Source: Bdellovibrionales bacterium (GTDB lineage: Bacteria; Bdellovibrionota; Bdellovibrionia; Bdellovibrionales; UBA1609). From it: a stretch of 64,000 nt of DNA. Shown here one piece after another: positions 19,848 to 30,312 of the stretch (position 1 is its first letter; each line of letters opens with the position of its first letter). Location of the stretch: positions 704,001-768,000 of the forward strand of contig CBDHDF010000002.1 of the NCBI GenBank assembly GCA_965261545.1. The letters run 5' to 3'. The notes under the pieces are model-generated. The model saw only the letters and a list, made by a program, of their open reading frames with translations, did not search any database and was not told the DNA's origin. A program made the translations under genes and the position numbers.

Positions 19848-20306
19848 CTTTCATGGCCCCTTCCTTGGGATATCTCAAAATGGAGAAAACCAACTAAGTA
19901 TATTTGTATTTTGTAAGAAAATGTATTCACGATGCAAGGGAAAAAGAAAATGAGAGATATTTGACATGAACTGTCGAAAAGGGACTGTAAAAATAATTGT
20001 GTAACTGCAATTTTTTTCTTAAATCTTAAAGCCACTTATGTGGCTCCACTCCTGGTAAAAAGCACAGTCCCATATTATTCGTCAATGTATAATTGACATT
20101 TTTTCCTTCAAGCGATTTTGTCAGTCACAATGCATTATAAGTTAATGGGGAGGTGGACATCTTCGCTGGTCTATATAATTGGCCTCTTTAGTTACTCTGG
20201 ACTTTTGATTGTATTATGGAGCCGTAATGGGATCATATCAGAACTGGAAAGAACTCAAATAAATAATTATCATCTTGGTTGAAAAAAAATCAGCAATGGC
20301 TCTCTC

Positions 20307-20499
20307 AAAAAAATGGAAATTCCAATCTCATCAAAGGGTTCATGTGTTTAGGTTCCCATACTATATTACCCCCTTTTTTTTATTTTTTTTAACTTAGGAT
20401 ATTCGAGAAATACCAGAATTGGGATGAAATATGAAAAAAAATGGGAACCCAAATCTGCACCAAGAGGGCATGTATTTAGGTTCCCATACTATATTACCC
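20307..20499. repeat. Two ~65-bp hairpin-forming direct repeats (128-bp period) inside the IS256
   Basis: Identical 25-mer TTTAGGTTCCCATACTATATTACCC at 20347-20371 and 20475-20499. Arm 20441-20454 pairs with 20474-20487 (13/14). Confidence 0.85.
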
Positions 20500-20543
20500 T
20501 AACCATAGTCTCGGTATTCCAGTACTTCTGTCAACGCCTTAGA

Positions 20544-20559
20544 GGGGCTTTTAAGCCCC
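20544..20559 (-). terminator. GC hairpin just downstream of the transposase stop
   Basis: GGGGCTT-TT-AAGCCCC; no clear U-tract. Confidence 0.4.
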
Positions 20560-20593
20560 CTTATAAGGCAGGTGGTGGACCTTATTAAAAAAC

Positions 20594-21796
20594 TTAGTTG
20601 TCAAAACGGTCACCGTATTCAATGGCAAACCTGTTCATGGCTGGCTTCCAGTTGTGTAATGGTCGTGTCCATCGCTTAGAGGCCATTTTTATCGCTAAAT
20701 ATACAACTTTTAAAGCCGACCGATCACTGGGAAATATCTTACGATTTCTGATCGCCTTGCGGATCACGCTATTTAACGACTCTATGGCGTTTGTGGTATA
20801 AAAAATCTTTCTGATTTCATCCGGATAATCGAAAATAGTGATGAGATTGTCCCAATTCCTACGCCAAGACTTTTCAATATTCGGATACTTTGAAGACCAC
20901 TTGGTACAAAATTCCTCAAGGGCCTTTTCAGCTTCTGTCAGAGTCGTAGAGCCATAAATGGACTTGAGGTCTTGGGCGACAGCTTTCATATCCTTGGAAG
21001 GAACATAGCGAAGGGAATTGCGGACCATATGGACAATGCACAGTTGTACTTTAGACTTGGGAAAAGCCGCTGAAATGGCTTGAGGAAAACCTGTAAGACC
21101 ATCTACAGAAAATATAAATACGTCTTTCAACCCTCGATTTTGCAGCTCAGTCAAAACACTCAACCAAAACTTTGAACCCTCATTTTCAGAAATCCATAGG
21201 CCCAACAAGTCTTTCTGACCCTCCTCTGTAATACCAAGAGCTAGGTAAATCGCCTTATTAATAACTCTCTTGTCTTGATGGACCTTCACCACGATACAGT
21301 CCAAAAATACGATAGGGTAAGTGCTATCCAAGGGGCGGTTCTGCCAAGCCGTAACTTCATCAATAACAGCATCCGTCACGTTGGCTATCACTGAGTGGGA
21401 TATCTCTGCACCATGGTAGAGGTCTTTGATAGCTCCTTGAATATCCCTGGTCGTCATTCCCCTCGCATAGAGGGTCAGAATACTGTCTTCAAAGCCCTCA
21501 AGACGAGTCTTGCCTTTGGGAATGACTTGGGGCTCAAAGGAGGCACTTCGGTCACGGGGGACCTGAAGCTCCACCTCGCCTTTCTCTCCCTTTATGGTCT
21601 TTCTACTGTAACCATTGCGAGTGTTGGATTTGCGGGTCTCAGACTTCTCATGCCTCTCATAACCTAGGTGATCGTCCATTTCCGCATTAAGAGCTGTCTC
21701 TAAAACAACCTTCATCAGTTGACCCGTTATGTCGGATAAATCCTTTTGGGTCTTGACGTTCTTCGCTAGTTCCTTGCCTATTGTCTTGATATCCAT
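20594..21796 (-). CDS. IS256-family (Mutator-like DDE) transposase, intact
   Basis: NTRNGY, VPRDR, LYARGMTTRDI, VDGLTGF, QLCIVH, YTTNAIES; AAGGAG RBS. Confidence 0.97.
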   Translation of the reverse strand: MDIKTIGKELAKNVKTQKDLSDITGQLMKVVLETALNAEMDDHLGYERHEKSETRKSNTRNGYSRKTIKGEKGEVELQVPRDRSASFEPQVIPKGKTRLEGFEDSILTLYARGMTTRDIQGAIKDLYHGAEISHSVIANVTDAVIDEVTAWQNRPLDSTYPIVFLDCIVVKVHQDKRVINKAIYLALGITEEGQKDLLGLWISENEGSKFWLSVLTELQNRGLKDVFIFSVDGLTGFPQAISAAFPKSKVQLCIVHMVRNSLRYVPSKDMKAVAQDLKSIYGSTTLTEAEKALEEFCTKWSSKYPNIEKSWRRNWDNLITIFDYPDEIRKIFYTTNAIESLNSVIRKAIRNRKIFPSDRSALKVVYLAIKMASKRWTRPLHNWKPAMNRFAIEYGDRFDN

Positions 21797-21985
21797 TTTG
21801 CCTTCTCCTTTCAGGATGATAGTTCATCCTAATATGATTCGGCAGTTACACAAAATAGTTTACAGGCTCGTCGAAAAACCTATCATAGGGCCTAGGGAAG
21901 TAATTGTGTTTTAAATGTGTTATTATTTCAAATAAATGCAATTGAATACAATTTTAAAAAACACCCCACCAATGGATAAGGCTAT

Positions 21986-22819
21986 ATGTCTAGTTCTATA
22001 AATCAGAAAAAGAACCATGAAATTGTTGTCGACCAAGCAAAGGGCTTGGTGTTTTCCTCGGAAGAGGAACTATATGCTTACTTTATAAGTGAAATTAAAA
22101 CCCTTGAGTCAGAGTTTTTTAAACTTCGTTCCACCTCCAATGATATCCATAAGGCGAAGTTCTCCAGATTTGATAAACACCTCAACGATGCCCTCGAAGA
22201 TCCAGGGGAGATTTGGGAAGACAATGGTTCTCTCAAGGGTCGTCGACTTGCTATTTATATTAAAGATTTTAGCAAAAATAATGATGAGTCCCTTTTTCAT
22301 GTAGCCATCACCTACTTAATAGATGATATACCCAGCTTTGTGTATCTTCACTTTCCTACGAAAGATATGAGTCTCATTGAAAAGTATCGCCGCGGTCATT
22401 TACTTTATAAAAAGTCTCTTAAGGAGATTCCAGTAGGTGCGGCTGAAGGAGATGCCTTAATGGAAGGCAATAACCTAGCTCTAGGTTTGTATAAAGCTAT
22501 GAGTAAATTACGTAGCGACAAAGACATTCAAGAAGAAAATTTTTCTCAATATATCAAATTTAGAGAGACAACCATTGAAGATGCCGATGAGATTTGGCGT
22601 GGCAATGACTCCATGGGGAATATTTTAGTGCGTTTCATCAAAGAGTTCTCATTTCAAGGAGAAGATATCTTTTATGTTGTTGTCACTGTTGAAGAAATGG
22701 CATCCAATAGCCATGCCCTTTTGTTCTCATTCCCCACCAGAGACAAGGGACTTGTTATGAGGTACAGGTATGGTGAAAATCTACAGGCTGAAGAAGTCGT
22801 TCGGGAATCATCTCACTAA
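21986..22819 (+). CDS. Hypothetical protein with two internal homologous domains (possibly PBECR2-like nuclease fold)
   Basis: LEDPGEIW...FPTKDMSLIEKYRRG is repeated as IEDADEIW...FPTRDKGLVMRYRYG. Confidence 0.6.
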   Translation: MSSSINQKKNHEIVVDQAKGLVFSSEEELYAYFISEIKTLESEFFKLRSTSNDIHKAKFSRFDKHLNDALEDPGEIWEDNGSLKGRRLAIYIKDFSKNNDESLFHVAITYLIDDIPSFVYLHFPTKDMSLIEKYRRGHLLYKKSLKEIPVGAAEGDALMEGNNLALGLYKAMSKLRSDKDIQEENFSQYIKFRETTIEDADEIWRGNDSMGNILVRFIKEFSFQGEDIFYVVVTVEEMASNSHALLFSFPTRDKGLVMRYRYGENLQAEEVVRESSH

Positions 22820-23130
22820 GACAAGATCATAGGACAAAACTTTGGTTCTGGCTTCGCCAGGTTAGCTTATCTATAAATGAGGGCTTATCTTCTATAGACA
22901 AGATAGTGCTATACGGTATTGCTGCACAGCGTTAATGCCCACTTAACTTTACATACTTTATGTATTACCCTTTTTTTAGTTAAATAGTAGCTGTTCATAT
23001 CACTGTTCAGGAGGCACAAGTTTACAGAAAGGGGATGACAGTTCTTCTGGTTAAAGAGGGATACTGCTACTTCTTGAGTTCTGCCGCTCTCTGAACAGTT
23101 ACTAAAGTACTTTTAAAAACGGAGTTTTTT

Positions 23131-25764
23131 GTGACTAAAAAGCTAGTTATTGTTGAGTCACCCACCAAGGCGCGTACAATACGCAAGTTCTTAGGTGAAA
23201 ATTTCATTATTGAATCTTGTATGGGTCATGTGCGAGACCTACCTCAGTCAGCCAAAGAAATTCCCGAAAAATTTAAAAAGGAAAAATGGGCCTCACTAGG
23301 TGTCAATGTCGATAAAGAGTTTGAACCCATCTATTGCATTCCCAAAAACAAGACAAAGGTTGTCAAAGAACTCAAAGCCAAACTCAAAGAAGTTGATGAA
23401 CTCATTCTTGCCACGGATGAAGATCGCGAGGGAGAGAGTATTAGCTGGCACCTCTTGGAAGTTTTAAAGCCCAAGGTTCCCTGCCGGCGTATGGTCTTTC
23501 ATGAAATCACAGAAACAGCCATAGTAAAGGCCCTGAAGGAATCCCGCCACGTGGACTACAACCTTGTTCGCGCTCAAGAGGCACGTCGTATTCTCGATCG
23601 CTTGGTCGGCTATACCATTTCTCCTCTGCTTTGGAAAAAAGTGGCCTATGGACTCTCCGCAGGACGAGTCCAATCCGTGGCTGTCCGCCTCATTTCAGAG
23701 AGAGAGCACGAGAGAATTAGGTTTAAAAAATCCTCCTACTGGGGCCTTCTCGGGAAGGCTGAAAAAAATAAAGTCAAGTTTGATACCAAGATGCTTAGCT
23801 ACAAGGGGCAAAAAGTTGCCATTGGTAAGGACTTCAATAGCCAAACAGGACAACTTTTTGAAAACAAAAAAGACCAGGTGGTTCACTTGGACGAGACCTT
23901 GGCTCAAAACTTAGTCGCAGAGCTTAAATCTGAGTCTTGGCTCGTATCCCAAGTTCAAGAAAAACCTATTTCACGCAAACCCGCTCCGCCCTTTATCACT
24001 TCCACCCTTCAACAAGAAGCTAATCGCAAACTGGGGTTAAGCACCCAGGAGACCATGAGTATCGCACAAAAACTCTACGAGCGTGGTTTTATCAGTTATA
24101 TGAGAACAGACTCCACCAACCTTTCAGAGCAAGCTCTTCAAGCAGCCAGGGCTTCCATTGAAAATCTATATGGCCCCACATACTTGCCTCAAAATCCACG
24201 CCTATACAATACGAAAAAATCCAAGGGGGCCCAGGAAGCCCATGAAGCCATTCGTCCCTCGGGGGATGAATTTAAAAAACCAGACCAGTCGGGTCTTACA
24301 GGAACTTCCATGGCTCTTTACGACCTCATTTGGAAGAGAACTGTGGCTAGCCAAATGAAGAATTCGGAGCACAAACAAATAAGTGTTCAGTTTAAAGTGG
24401 GAGAGGCCATTTTTGCCTCCTATGGAATCACTATTGAATTTCCAGGTTTTCTCAAAGCCTATGTGGAGGGAAGAGACGACCCCGAAGCAGCTTTGGACAA
24501 CAGAGAGGTCCACTTACCAAAAATGTCCCAGGGGGACCAAGTGATATGCCACAACTTGAAACCCACTTCCCATGAAACCAAACCCCCTGCCAGGTACACA
24601 GAGGCCTCATTGGTTAGCACCATGGAAAAGGAGGGGGTGGGCCGTCCCTCCACCTACGCTGCCGTTATCAGTACCATTCAAAACCGAGGTTATATTAAAA
24701 AGCTAGGAAATGCTTTGACTCCAACTTTTACAGCTCTTGTCGTGTCAAAGCTGCTTAATTCCCACCTTCCCAACTATGTGGACACAGGCTTTACATCAGA
24801 GATGGAAAAGTCCCTAGATGATATTGCCCAAGGAGTGCGACTATGGGATGACTATTTGGCGAGCATTTACTTTGGCGATGAAGGGCTTAGGAGCCTTGTG
24901 AACAAACAAGAAAGTCTCATTGACCCCGAAGTGTCTCGCTCTATTGAGCTTGAGGGACTCAAAGGCTTGAGTTTTAAAGTGGGACGCTATGGAGCCTACG
25001 TTTGTCGCTTTGACGAATCCGCTCAAAAAGAGGTCTGTGCATCTTTACCTGAGAGCTGTTTTCCAGGAGATATTTCTTTTGCTGACGCCAACAAACTTAT
25101 TGACCAAAAACTCAATGGGGCCGATGCCATTACAAAACACCCTGAAACGGGCCTTCCCATCTATGTGCTGACAGGGCGCTATGGCCCCTATGTGCAAATG
25201 GGTGAGAGCGAAGTAGAAAAGGGAGCTGAGAAGCCAAAACGTGTTTCCATCCCATCCAATATAGATTACGAAAAGATCACAGTGGACCAAACTCTTAAGC
25301 TCTTGGAACTCCCAAAGACCTTGGGTCAGCACCCCGATACAAGTAAGCCTGTCAAAGTGGGGCTCGGTCGCTTTGGCCCCTATGTGGTTCACGACGGCGA
25401 CTTCCGGTCCATTTCAGGGACAGATTCCTTGTTTGACATGACTTTTGACAGATCCATGGAATTGCTGAGCCTACCCAAAAAGGGTCGAGGACAATCTCAA
25501 CCCCTCAAAGAGTTGGGAGAGCACCCTGAAACGGGTGACCCCATAGCTATTTTAACGGGAAAGTATGGCCCCTATATCAAGTGTGGCAAAGTGAACGTCT
25601 CTCTTCCCGAAGGGGTCAAACCAGAGGATACGACCTTTCAACAAACCTTGGACCTGCTGGCCACCAAATTGACCACGAAGAAGAAATCCACAAAAAAGAA
25701 ATCTGGAGACGGAGCGAAAAAGTCTTCAAAAAAAAGAACTAGAGTCAAGTCTTCAAAAATATGA
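23131..25764 (+). CDS. topA: DNA topoisomerase I (type IA, Topo_C repeat C-terminus)
   Basis: LVIVESPTK, ATDEDREGE, SAGRVQS, SYMRTDS, AQEAHEAIRP, GRYGPY repeats, Lys-rich tail. Confidence 0.97.
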   Translation: MTKKLVIVESPTKARTIRKFLGENFIIESCMGHVRDLPQSAKEIPEKFKKEKWASLGVNVDKEFEPIYCIPKNKTKVVKELKAKLKEVDELILATDEDREGESISWHLLEVLKPKVPCRRMVFHEITETAIVKALKESRHVDYNLVRAQEARRILDRLVGYTISPLLWKKVAYGLSAGRVQSVAVRLISEREHERIRFKKSSYWGLLGKAEKNKVKFDTKMLSYKGQKVAIGKDFNSQTGQLFENKKDQVVHLDETLAQNLVAELKSESWLVSQVQEKPISRKPAPPFITSTLQQEANRKLGLSTQETMSIAQKLYERGFISYMRTDSTNLSEQALQAARASIENLYGPTYLPQNPRLYNTKKSKGAQEAHEAIRPSGDEFKKPDQSGLTGTSMALYDLIWKRTVASQMKNSEHKQISVQFKVGEAIFASYGITIEFPGFLKAYVEGRDDPEAALDNREVHLPKMSQGDQVICHNLKPTSHETKPPARYTEASLVSTMEKEGVGRPSTYAAVISTIQNRGYIKKLGNALTPTFTALVVSKLLNSHLPNYVDTGFTSEMEKSLDDIAQGVRLWDDYLASIYFGDEGLRSLVNKQESLIDPEVSRSIELEGLKGLSFKVGRYGAYVCRFDESAQKEVCASLPESCFPGDISFADANKLIDQKLNGADAITKHPETGLPIYVLTGRYGPYVQMGESEVEKGAEKPKRVSIPSNIDYEKITVDQTLKLLELPKTLGQHPDTSKPVKVGLGRFGPYVVHDGDFRSISGTDSLFDMTFDRSMELLSLPKKGRGQSQPLKELGEHPETGDPIAILTGKYGPYIKCGKVNVSLPEGVKPEDTTFQQTLDLLATKLTTKKKSTKKKSGDGAKKSSKKRTRVKSSKI

Positions 25765-25789
25765 ACCAGAGGAATTTGACCACCTGACC

Positions 25790-27046
25790 TTACTCCCCTT
25801 GGTCCCTCTTGAGTTCCAAAGACCTTTCTAAAACCTTGGATAGTATGAGAATACTATGCCCTTGGGAGAGGTATCGACCATTGACATAAATGGTGGGTGT
25901 TCCTTCAATTTTTGCTTTTTTACCACTTTCAATTTGGGCTAAAAGAGTATCTTGGGTTTCCACAGAATCCATACAAGCTTTGAGTTTTTCCCAATCCAAC
26001 CCCCACTTAGTGATATAAACCTCGATAAGTTCATCCAATTGAGAAAGACTCTTCGACTTACGAAACTCCTCTTGCTTTTCAAAAACAATATCGTGGAAGG
26101 TCCACTTTTGAGTTTGCTGACCTGAACAGTGCACAGCCTTGGCGAGGCGACAACTCAAACCACGACCTCGCTGAATATTTTTATTGCAAACTCCATCTAG
26201 AGGAAAGTTGTAAAACTCAAAGCGCACTTGGGGGTGGGCCAAGGCAAAAATCTTTAAAGAAGATGCGGCCCTTTGACAGTGAGAACAAAAGAAATCTGCA
26301 AACTCCACCACCGTCATATCTGCTTGATCTCCAGGAGGCCCCTTGGTTAGAGATGGGGAGAAAAACTCAAAGGGAGGTTGAGTCATCCACCGGTTTATAG
26401 ACTGAGCCACGACAACATCAGGTTTTGCACGACGACTCCAGTGCTTGGAAAACAGACTATGGTGCATCAAAAATACAAAGACTGGCACCAGTGCAAGCAT
26501 GATAGAAACACCCCTAGAGTGTGTCCAAAGTCCCCTCAGTCCCTCTTTTATTGTTATTCTTTCAAGACTTTTTCCCCCTTTATGATCCCCCTTTCCTTCA
26601 CTTGGGGCTTGGGTTTGAGCTTTCCATAAAGTGAAAAGGGTGAGAAAAGAAAGCCCATAGGCTGCGATACAGTAAAGGCAATAGCTGGTGAGTTGAGTGA
26701 TGGAAATACCGAGCATGACAACGGACGTCATGGCTATCAACCCACTGAGCCAAAGGCTGTACCGCCTCACATAAGCAGGATTTCCCACCAATCCTAAGAG
26801 CAAAAAAGAAACAAGAAAAAACAAGACGACATGAGTCACCCCCCCAAAAAGAGCAATGGGTATATTCATAAATGCAGCAAAGGAGCTTAAAGCAACAGCA
26901 TCACAGTTAAAAGCCGCACTGATACTGCAGTGGCTTTGCTCCACATTGGGGCCGAAATTAATACGATAATAATGGAGCGTTAGGTAGGTGTGAATACCAA
27001 TACTTAGGAGGATCAACACAAGAGATAGCTTAAGGTATTTATTCAT
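25790..27046 (-). CDS. VKOR-family membrane domain fused to a DsbA-like thioredoxin domain
   Basis: CSISAAFNCDAV, YCLYC in a TM region; EFADFFCSHC and EGTPTIYVNG. Confidence 0.9.
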   Translation of the reverse strand: MNKYLKLSLVLILLSIGIHTYLTLHYYRINFGPNVEQSHCSISAAFNCDAVALSSFAAFMNIPIALFGGVTHVVLFFLVSFLLLGLVGNPAYVRRYSLWLSGLIAMTSVVMLGISITQLTSYCLYCIAAYGLSFLTLFTLWKAQTQAPSEGKGDHKGGKSLERITIKEGLRGLWTHSRGVSIMLALVPVFVFLMHHSLFSKHWSRRAKPDVVVAQSINRWMTQPPFEFFSPSLTKGPPGDQADMTVVEFADFFCSHCQRAASSLKIFALAHPQVRFEFYNFPLDGVCNKNIQRGRGLSCRLAKAVHCSGQQTQKWTFHDIVFEKQEEFRKSKSLSQLDELIEVYITKWGLDWEKLKACMDSVETQDTLLAQIESGKKAKIEGTPTIYVNGRYLSQGHSILILSKVLERSLELKRDQGE

Positions 27047-27139
27047 TTTAAACTCCTCATCACCATTTTAATCACCACAAAGCTTTTCATTACAAGCGTT
27101 TCTTTATCACCATCACCACGGAGAAGTCAAAAGAAGTCA

Positions 27140-28336
27140 TTGGACGAAATTCAAACATTGTGGCAGACTCTAGTTATGATTTTGCTTATCGCCACCTTCA
27201 TAACTCCTCTCATAGCCTCTTTGGCCCTAGGGGGCCAACTCCAAGCTCAGCCCTCCGGCAGGTCCACCAGCGGTCGCAGGAGCCACGTCTACAAAGTGCA
27301 AGAAAAAGCCTTTTCCCTGGCCACTCAAGAGGGGGACCGTCTTTTTGTGAAGGGCTTTTATGGAAAACTAAAATTGGTGGGAAAATCTCAATCCCAAAAA
27401 GTTTCTTTGAGAGTGATTCAAAGAACCTCACCAGAATCGTCAAAATCATCTTTGCCAAAATCAAAATCCACCGGGGGGACAGAAGAAGCAAGGTTTCCTC
27501 CTAGGCTGCGGCCACCAACAAACTTGTCATCAAGAGAAAGGGAGTGGACTTTTTCCTTTCAAAAGTTGGGCCGACAAATTGAGTTTCAAGTGAGGGAGCC
27601 ACAGGGTCATTCAGATTGGAACTTTGCCAAAGGCCCTTTGCAGATTCCCCGTTTTGAGTTGGTTATAGAAGCCCCCCCCATGGTGGCAGAAATCTATTGG
27701 CAAAAAGCAACAGTGAATGTTCAAAACTGGAAGTCAGATTTAATGATGGGTCTAGGAGAGGGGCAAGTAAAGACCTCTCGTGGAAAAGGAGCCTACAAAA
27801 TCCGCCTCCACAAGGGGAGCTTAGAAGTAACATCCCACCAAGGTGATTTGGATTTAGATACCTACAAAGGAAACATACGTATTTTTAATAGTTCACCCAC
27901 GGTGAACCTTGAAAACTTTGCAGGCACCAACCACCTTGAAAAAGTCTCTGGAAATATTCAACTCACGAGCTACATAGGCTCCACTCAAATCTCCCATGGG
28001 CAAGGAGAAGTGGAATTTAAAAATATAAAATCATCCATAAAAATAAAGGACTTTGAAGGATCGATTCGAGGAAAATCTTCCCAAGGAGTTGTGAGAATCT
28101 CCCTTGTGGGACAAGCAAAAGTTCACATTGACAATGGATCGGGAAATGTTCATCTTTACGCCCCCAAGTCAGGAGCCGAAGTGAACCTTGGCACTATGAG
28201 AGGAGGCATTTACGCACCATCATTTCTTGGGAGAAGCACTTTGGCTCATATGAAAATAAGACAAGGGCGACTCAAAGGTCAGCGCCCAGGCAACATCTAC
28301 ATTCGCACCCAATCGGGAAAAATATTCTTACAGTGA
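27140..28336 (+). CDS. DUF4097-like beta-strand repeat exported protein
   Basis: Signal-like N-terminus; repeated G-x-I-x-L-x-T/S-x-x-G units ending TQSGKIFLQ. Start may be ATG 27176. Confidence 0.7.
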   Translation: MDEIQTLWQTLVMILLIATFITPLIASLALGGQLQAQPSGRSTSGRRSHVYKVQEKAFSLATQEGDRLFVKGFYGKLKLVGKSQSQKVSLRVIQRTSPESSKSSLPKSKSTGGTEEARFPPRLRPPTNLSSREREWTFSFQKLGRQIEFQVREPQGHSDWNFAKGPLQIPRFELVIEAPPMVAEIYWQKATVNVQNWKSDLMMGLGEGQVKTSRGKGAYKIRLHKGSLEVTSHQGDLDLDTYKGNIRIFNSSPTVNLENFAGTNHLEKVSGNIQLTSYIGSTQISHGQGEVEFKNIKSSIKIKDFEGSIRGKSSQGVVRISLVGQAKVHIDNGSGNVHLYAPKSGAEVNLGTMRGGIYAPSFLGRSTLAHMKIRQGRLKGQRPGNIYIRTQSGKIFLQ

Positions 28337-28405
28337 GTGACCTTCAAGTTCTATTCTCGCAACTTTTAGCCCCCGACGATGACTCCCACTTTGGAGACTC
28401 CAGCA

Positions 28406-28519
28406 ATGAAAAAGTACGCTCGCCCCGGCGACAATAACGCATTGAGTTATAAAATATGGATTTCTCTCTTTCTACGACTTCTTCTTTATGCTACAACCGC
28501 AAGTATCTTGCTCGTTTAA
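28406..28519 (+). CDS. Putative 37-aa single-pass membrane microprotein
   Basis: MKKYARPGDNNALSYKIWISLFLRLLLYATTASILLV; GGAG 9 nt upstream. Confidence 0.35.
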   Translation: MKKYARPGDNNALSYKIWISLFLRLLLYATTASILLV

Positions 28520-28584
28520 GCTATTTGGATTTTTTTTTAAGCTGTTAATAATAAATATGAAAACAACATAGGGGGGGGTATCGT

Positions 28585-30312
28585 ATGAGTATCAAAGGTC
28601 ATGGGAAAGGTAGTATGTTTTATCAAGGACAAAAGCCTAAATCCCACATAAGTCGCTGTAAATCCATTTTCTATTGCTGTAAGTCTATTTTTCAAGGACT
28701 CCTTGGACTGATTGTGATCTCTCTACCAGTTGCATATGCACACAGTTTCTCCTTAGACATCTTGATCACAGATCACCAAAAAGTACCTGTGGGTCATGCC
28801 AAAGTTCTTTTCGGTCCCGAAAAAGGAGTGCCATTTTCTAATAATCTACTGATTTCTCAAAACGATGGGACCTTATCACCCCCTTTAGGGTGGTGGCGTC
28901 AAAATACATCCCTCCCCATCACCATTGACTCCACGGACCATATTCTTGCCACCTACATCACAGACTCTCAACGCGAGTCCTTCTATGTCACCGACCTTGA
29001 TCACAAGGAGTTAATACCCATTAAGGGCCAGGTGACAGGCTATCGTTCTCTGAGAGACTTTGATGAAAAAGTCGACTTTAGCTTGGTGCTAAGTTCTTTA
29101 AAACGAAGCCATTTGCTGCACTTTGATATCTCTCGCCTATGGAGTCCTGAAAATGATGTTCTGAAGTTTCCTCTCAGGGTTAAATTGAAAGTTCCAAGCA
29201 ATTTGTCTCTTCCAAATCAAAAAGAATCCTACGGAATTTTCACTTTAAACTTCAATAAACCCTCTTATAGGCATTTTACCCATCAACATGGACCTCAAAA
29301 AGTTTTAGCTCTCCATGGCCGCTTTCCACTCAAAACAATCATCGATGGTTACCGAGAGAAGAAATCTTTTTTGAAACTTATCAATCACTTTAAATTTTTA
29401 GGGGGTGGGTCTCTAGATGTGGATGTTCAAGGGGCCTTGATGAACCAAAATATATCTACTGACCAGTGGAAGTTGAGAGCAAAGCACTCCGTGCATGCCC
29501 CTCACTATGGGGACAACCTCACCATGTTCACCTTTTCAATCCAAGAAGCGGATAGGGGACATTTTTTTCCCATGGATGTCAAATGGGTAGCCAGTGGCCA
29601 AGCCCAAGACCTAAGATTTCTCAAGTCGACCGCAAAGCCCCAATATGTTCTCTCCATACTTATGGGTAAGGATGAGAAAAAAAATACTAAGAGACCTCTC
29701 ATTCTTGACCAAATATCTTTAAATTTCGATGAAGCAAAACCTCAAAATCGCCCTATATTTTTAAATATGATACCCCCTCCGCAGCTTCATATTTCCGATT
29801 CCACTTTGACCTTAAATCCACCAACAGTTGTCAAGGACGTCGCCCCCCTTGGAACCTATGTGGCTCTCTCCGCTGTCAACCCCAATTCTGTAAAATCTAC
29901 TGACCATTCCGATTCTTCAGACTGCTCAAATTCAGATTTGAATGAGAAATTCAATCATGAGTTCATAGAATATGATCTGCATAATTATGAGAAGCTGATG
30001 ATGATGAACAATGACATGATGGACGATAATGACAATCATACAGACTCCTCGACCACTCTATGCTTTGGTTTATCAACACAAAATCTAAAAAATAACCTCA
30101 AATCATCCCCTCCACTTTGGGAGATTTTTAACGATGGATGGGTTTCAGAGATCAAACTTCCTAAAATACCCTTCCAAAAATTTAGTGGCCAAGGAAAAAA
30201 ATACAAGTGGACAGTGATTTATTTGGGAGGCCCGCAAGTGCCTGAAGATAGATCATGGACGTTGAACGATGTTTCTCATATCACACGAAATTCCATTGAA
30301 GTTGAAATGTAA
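28585..30312 (+). CDS. Hypothetical exported protein
   Basis: 575-aa ORF with signal-like segment ending AYA and a D/N/M-rich insertion. Confidence 0.7.
   Translation: MSIKGHGKGSMFYQGQKPKSHISRCKSIFYCCKSIFQGLLGLIVISLPVAYAHSFSLDILITDHQKVPVGHAKVLFGPEKGVPFSNNLLISQNDGTLSPPLGWWRQNTSLPITIDSTDHILATYITDSQRESFYVTDLDHKELIPIKGQVTGYRSLRDFDEKVDFSLVLSSLKRSHLLHFDISRLWSPENDVLKFPLRVKLKVPSNLSLPNQKESYGIFTLNFNKPSYRHFTHQHGPQKVLALHGRFPLKTIIDGYREKKSFLKLINHFKFLGGGSLDVDVQGALMNQNISTDQWKLRAKHSVHAPHYGDNLTMFTFSIQEADRGHFFPMDVKWVASGQAQDLRFLKSTAKPQYVLSILMGKDEKKNTKRPLILDQISLNFDEAKPQNRPIFLNMIPPPQLHISDSTLTLNPPTVVKDVAPLGTYVALSAVNPNSVKSTDHSDSSDCSNSDLNEKFNHEFIEYDLHNYEKLMMMNNDMMDDNDNHTDSSTTLCFGLSTQNLKNNLKSSPPLWEIFNDGWVSEIKLPKIPFQKFSGQGKKYKWTVIYLGGPQVPEDRSWTLNDVSHITRNSIEVEM

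Larger units (their letters stand above)
19981..21869 (-). mobile_element. Complete IS256-family insertion sequence, 1889 bp
   Basis: Imperfect terminal inverted repeats GGGACTGTAAAAATAATTGTGTAACTGC (19981-20008) and 21842-21869 (21/28 match). 8-bp target duplication GTCGAAAA at 19973-19980 and 21870-21877. Confidence 0.92.
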
